A stretch of DNA of 63,818 bases, the filler included. It is 18 parts of 18 records of this genome, joined end to end, with 100 filler letters (N's around TTAATTAATTAA, not from the genome) between each part and the next. Parts side by side here need not be neighbours in the genome. Positions count along the whole stretch, not along the records: positions 47,805 to 61,694 come from SRR16133337_97153; positions 61,795 to 63,818 come from SRR16133337_97157; 16 more parts are not named here. One strand, given 5' to 3'. A program made the position numbers and the translations under genes. Positions 59,829 through 63,818 of the stretch are shown here, one piece after another. The notes beneath the pieces were generated by a model. It worked only from the letters and a program-made list of their open reading frames with translations. It searched no databases and was not told the origin of the DNA. How positions within the stretch are numbered: the stretch's first letter is position 1; each line of letters begins with the position of its first letter.

Positions 59829-61013
59829 CTACAAGATCTCAGTTACTTGACCTGCACCTACAGTTCTACCTCCTTCACGAATTGCAAAACGTAAACCTAC
59901 ATTCATTGCAATTGGCTGATGTAAATCCACCGTAATTGTCAAGTTATCTCCTGGCATTACCATTTCAACTCCATCAGGCAAATTAATGGTACCTGTTACA
60001 TCCGTTGTACGTACGTAAAACTGTGGACGGTAGTTGTTGTGGAATGGTGTATGACGTCCTCCTTCTTCTTTTTTCAAAACATATACCTCTGCTTTGAATT
60101 TATCATGTGGAGTTACAGAGCCAGGCTTACAGATAACCATTCCTCTTTTGATATCTTCTTTGGCAATCCCTCTTAATAAGATTCCTGCATTATCTCCAGC
60201 TTCACCTCTATCTAAGATTTTACGGAACATTTCAATACCTGTAATTGTAGATCCTAATTTCTCAGCTCCCATTCCAATAATATCGACGGAATCTCCTGTG
60301 TTCGCAATTCCTGTTTCAATACGTCCTGTCGCAACTGTACCACGACCTGTAATTGAGAATACATCTTCGATAGGCATTAAGAAATCTTTATCAACTTCTC
60401 TTAATGGTTCTTCGATCCAGGTATCGCAAGCTTCCATTAATTCGATAATTTTTTCTGACCAAGCTGGCTCACCGTTCAATCCTCCTAAAGCAGATCCTGC
60501 AATTACAGGACTGTTATCGCCATCATAGTCGTAGAAAGAAAGTAATTCTCTTACTTCCATCTCAACTAATTCTAACAATTCATCATCATCAACTAAATCA
60601 ACTTTGTTCATGAATACAACAATTCTAGGAATTCCAACTTGTTTTCCTAATAAGATATGTTCACGTGTTTGTGGCATGGGTCCGTCTGTAGCCGCAACGA
60701 CTAAAATAGCACCATCCATTTGTGCAGCACCTGTTACCATATTCTTTACATAATCTGCGTGACCTGGACAGTCAACGTGAGCGTAATGACGATTTGCTGT
60801 TGCGTATTCTACATGAGAAGTATTAATTGTGATTCCTCTTTCTTTTTCTTCTGGAGCGTTGTCAATTTGATCAAAATTTTTTACTTCACAATAACCTGCT
60901 TTTGCCAATACGGTTGTAATAGCCGCTGTTAATGTAGTTTTACCGTGATCTACGTGCCCAATTGTACCAATATTTAAATGTGGTTTTGAGCGGTCAAAAG
61001 TTCCTTTAGCCAT
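59829..61013 (-). CDS. tuf: Elongation factor Tu
   Basis: [17 protein letters not shown] and NKVD motifs. Confidence 0.99.
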   Translation of the reverse strand: MAKGTFDRSKPHLNIGTIGHVDHGKTTLTAAITTVLAKAGYCEVKNFDQIDNAPEEKERGITINTSHVEYATANRHYAHVDCPGHADYVKNMVTGAAQMDGAILVVAATDGPMPQTREHILLGKQVGIPRIVVFMNKVDLVDDDELLELVEMEVRELLSFYDYDGDNSPVIAGSALGGLNGEPAWSEKIIELMEACDTWIEEPLREVDKDFLMPIEDVFSITGRGTVATGRIETGIANTGDSVDIIGMGAEKLGSTITGIEMFRKILDRGEAGDNAGILLRGIAKEDIKRGMVICKPGSVTPHDKFKAEVYVLKKEEGGRHTPFHNNYRPQFYVRTTDVTGTINLPDGVEMVMPGDNLTITVDLHQPIAMNVGLRFAIREGGRTVGAGQVTEIL

Positions 61014-61077
61014 GATTCTTAATTTTAATTCTTAATTTATGATAGGTGTTTATTATACTCTTCTATTAATTTCTTTG

Positions 61078-61149
61078 AGCCAATGACGGGATTTGAACCC
61101 GTGACCTCTTCCTTACCAAGGAAACACTCTACCCCTGAGCTACATCGGC
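61078..61149 (-). tRNA. tRNA-Thr (GGT)
   Basis: GCCGATGTAGCTCAGGGGTAGAGTGTTTCCTT-GGT-AAGGAAG...GTTCAAATC...ATTGGCT. Confidence 0.96.
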
Positions 61150-61162
61150 CAGTTTAATTTAG

Positions 61163-61235
61163 AGCGAAAGACCGGGCTCGAACCGGCGACATTCAGCTTG
61201 GAAGGCTGATGCTCTACCAACTGAGCTACTTTCGC
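61163..61235 (-). tRNA. tRNA-Gly (TCC)
   Basis: GCGAAAGTAGCTCAGTTGGTAGAGCATCAGCCT-TCC-AAGCTGA...GTTCGAGC...TTTCGCT. Confidence 0.96.
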
Positions 61236-61292
61236 AATCTAAGGGTCAGATCTCTCTCTTAGCTCACAAAAGCTTGAGAACTAAAAGATGCG

Positions 61293-61373
<81 letters not shown>

Positions 61374-61402
61374 ATTGTTCAAAGAACTATTTTTCTCCTT
61401 CT

Positions 61403-61429
61403 TATACTCCGCCTGGGTAGAAATCCGAA
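61403..61429 (+). repeat. Dispersed bacterial repeat copy
   Basis: TATACTCCGCCTGGGTAGAAATCCGAA in the tRNA-operon leader. Confidence 0.75.
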
Positions 61430-61563
61430 TTTTTATGTCTCTCTTTTTGCTGTTAACTTCGTTTCAATTTAAAACCATAAAGATGCTATATCAACCTCTC
61501 TGACTCGCTAAACGACATCAATTTTTCTCCACAAAAAAACAGTCCATTATTTCTAACGGATTG

Positions 61564-61595
61564 CAAATGTATAAACTTTATTTTACTACAACAAA
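61564..61595 (-). promoter_or_regulatory. Bacteroidota -33/-7 promoter of the tRNA-tuf operon
   Basis: TTTG-N20-TACATTTG matches the TTTG-N19-21-TAnnTTTG consensus. Confidence 0.75.
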
Positions 61596-62744
61596 CTTTT
61601 TGTAGTTATTTTGACCCCGTAAATTCAACTCACCAATGCGAGTTTTAAACTACTCCTTTATAAAAAACATTTTTTGGAAAATTGAACTCTAATTNNNNNN
61701 NNNNNNNNNNNNNNNNNNNNNNNNNNNNNNNNNNNNNNTTAATTAATTAANNNNNNNNNNNNNNNNNNNNNNNNNNNNNNNNNNNNNNNNNNNNCACAAA
61801 AAAACATCACTTTTGAAAATCCTTGGCCATTGTCGTACCTTAGGAGTTTTATGTTTTTCTTTACTTTGAAACACAGAGGACTGATGTTATATCGCCAAAA
61901 TACTATATGAAAATATATATGAAAATTCGTTTTGACGCAGTTTTGTAAATTAGTTTGACAATATCAGTGATTGTGTGAGTTTTGAGTAATAAGTCGCTAT
62001 TTGATTACCGGTGAATTTTTTTGAGTTGGGATGATATTGTTCCTTCTGTAATTGGGCAGTGGTACAAAATAGAAAAAGCGCAGGAAAAAAGTCAAGTATG
62101 AATATTTGCGGTACTTATTTGTCCTTCACACGACACGTTATGTGGTTTTGTTAGTAGGTTTATTTTTTTCAACTTGTGGGGGGATTTTTTGCTTAATTTC
62201 GCGCAATGGTGCGATATTTTTAGGTAGAAATACACTAAAAAACTATGTCAGGTACCTAAAAGAAGCACACACATTAGTGTCATGTTTTTCAGATTGTACT
62301 TTTGTTTTTCAAGTCTCTCTTCGGATGAGAATAGCAAATATTTTGCTAAATTTACGAAAGAGGGGGGAGGGGTATGTTGGAGTGATGACGTGCGCGTGAG
62401 GTGGGTTAGAGTGCGCGGGTGGTGGTTGTGGGGTCAACGTGAGGAATTATTCGTTTATTTTCTACGCTTTTCAGTTGAAATGAATCCTTTGTGCTGCAAA
62501 ACCTTGAATCGATGCGACAACGTCATGGTCCTACACACCGGCACTTTGTTGAATTTCCATTAAAAGATTTCCATTATGTAAATATTCTGTTGGATTCAGC
62601 ATTTTGAAATTAATTTTGGTGCTTATATATTTTTTTAATTTGCTGAAAACAGCAATTCTATAATTGGTGACCCAAAGGAAATTTCGTTCACGTTTTTTTG
62701 CAAGGTTTATTTGTATTTTCTCCATTGGTTTTGTTTTGTTTTAG

Positions 62745-63539
62745 AAGCCGCTAGTGATTCTGTGACTCAGTCCAGTTCTTCTAGGTACGTACAGTATAAA
62801 ACGCAATGACATGTTTGTTTTGTTTTTGTTAAAAACAAGAATGGAATCAATGATATAATTTTAGTGATACCATTGTCACAGAAATATTTACATTGCCAAA
62901 AATACATTACAGTTTTCACTTCTTTTCGTGTGCAAATTTATGTTTGGGATTTTATACATTTTTTGTTTTTGTAAGGGGTAGAGACAGATATGCTTGTTGA
63001 AAACCTGTTGAAAACCTGTTGAAAACCTGTCGAAATCAGCAACACTGCACAATCGATTTTCGTGTTCATAAAAACACATTGTAATATTTTTATCATACCA
63101 TCTTTTTAGCAACACTGTCTCAAAATCTACTTCAAATGCTGGAGGAAAAACAACATCAAAATCCTCAAAGTCTCAACAAAACGAAAAACCTGCTCCCTCA
63201 AAACAGAAAAAGAATGTAAAAACAGAAAATATATCAAAACAATCAAAACCGCGCGGAAAGGAAAAAACTTCACCAAAATCAGGCGGAAAGTCATCGAGTA
63301 AAACCAGCTCAAGCAGTGGTAAATCTTCGCGTGGCGCGACAGGCAAACCACGTGGTAGACCCCCAAAAAGTAAGGGAAAATCATCAAAAACTACCTCAAA
63401 GGGAGCGAAATCTGCTGCGAAAACTACTGCGAATACTACTGCGAAAACTGCAGCAAAATCTACTGCAAAATCTACCGCAAAATCTGCTGTTAAACCGACT
63501 GTGAAACCGACTGCGAAATCTACTGTTAAGGCAGCTAAG
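62745..63539 (+). CDS. Two exons of a eukaryotic Lys/Ser/Thr-rich AT-hook, histone-H1-tail-like protein
   Basis: Micro-exon 62745-62784 (|GTACGT) joins in phase 2 to exon 63110-63539 (|GTAATT): ...GATGKPRGRPPKSKGKSSKTTSKGAKSAAKTTANTTAKTAAKSTAKSTAKSAVKPTVKPTAKSTVKAAK. Confidence 0.75.
62995..63037. repeat. 11-bp tandem repeat (TGTTGAAAACC, about 4 copies) inside the intron
   Basis: Three exact copies plus one degenerate copy. Confidence 0.85.
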
Positions 63540-63818
63540 GTAATTGAGGATAAGTTAATATTTGAAACCAATTATTTTAAGTGCTGTACGATTTACGTAA
63601 GATGTGCTAACAGTCTTTCGAAGATCGTGATTTTTGTCTGAAAAGATGTAGATTTTAAAGGGTGGAAACTGTTTAGTTTGCCTCCCACCATCCACCTTAC
63701 CCCCTCACACCACTCTTTGGTTATTTTGGAAACAAATTCATTGCATTTTTATTCGAGTTTGGGTTTGAATAGTTAAGTGGTTTTATATTTACTCGCTGAG
63801 TGTTTTTTCTCGAAAAAA

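Noticed and set aside
62995-63037. CRISPR-like repeats
   Set aside because: 11-bp head-to-tail units with no spacers; an intronic minisatellite.
63173-63571. Minus-strand ORF with AVDF/AVVF repeats
   Set aside because: Antisense shadow of the Lys-rich plus-strand exon, which has proper splice sites and an AT-hook.

Overview
This window is not one locus. It is 18 short contigs joined by 17 artificial ~100-nt spacers (N-run + TTAATTAATTAA + N-run), so adjacency across spacers carries no meaning. At least three genomes are mixed. (1) A Flavobacteriaceae-type bacterium, 8 contigs: lpxD-lpxC/fabZ-lpxA; GNAT-guaA-LysM; orphan-TPR; argF'-argB-argE; S66 peptidase/TetR/SulP/carbonic anhydrase; a TonB-dependent receptor; OmpA-gldB; and tRNAs-tuf-secE-nusG-rplKAJL-rpoBC. 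These contigs show genome erosion and share a dispersed ~22-27 bp repeat beginning TATACTCC. (2) An AT-rich, intron-containing eukaryotic nuclear genome. Several GT-AG spliced genes that the ORF track misses or mis-frames can be rebuilt by hand (BTB pair, ELM2, two divergent secreted Tyr-rich proteins, a metallophosphoesterase, an AT-hook/H1-like protein). One further contig is a non-LTR retrotransposon. (3) A mitochondrial fragment using TGA=Trp, with the 5' end of nad5 preceded by a hidden unassigned ORF of at least 511 codons. The best leads are the repeat family and its link to pseudogenes, the mitochondrial ORF, a eukaryote-like membrane-protein ORF inside a bacterial contig, and a GC-rich element with two mutually exclusive helices. 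A host plus eroding symbiont co-binned together is a plausible but unproven reading. All family calls come from motif recognition by eye; no searches were run.
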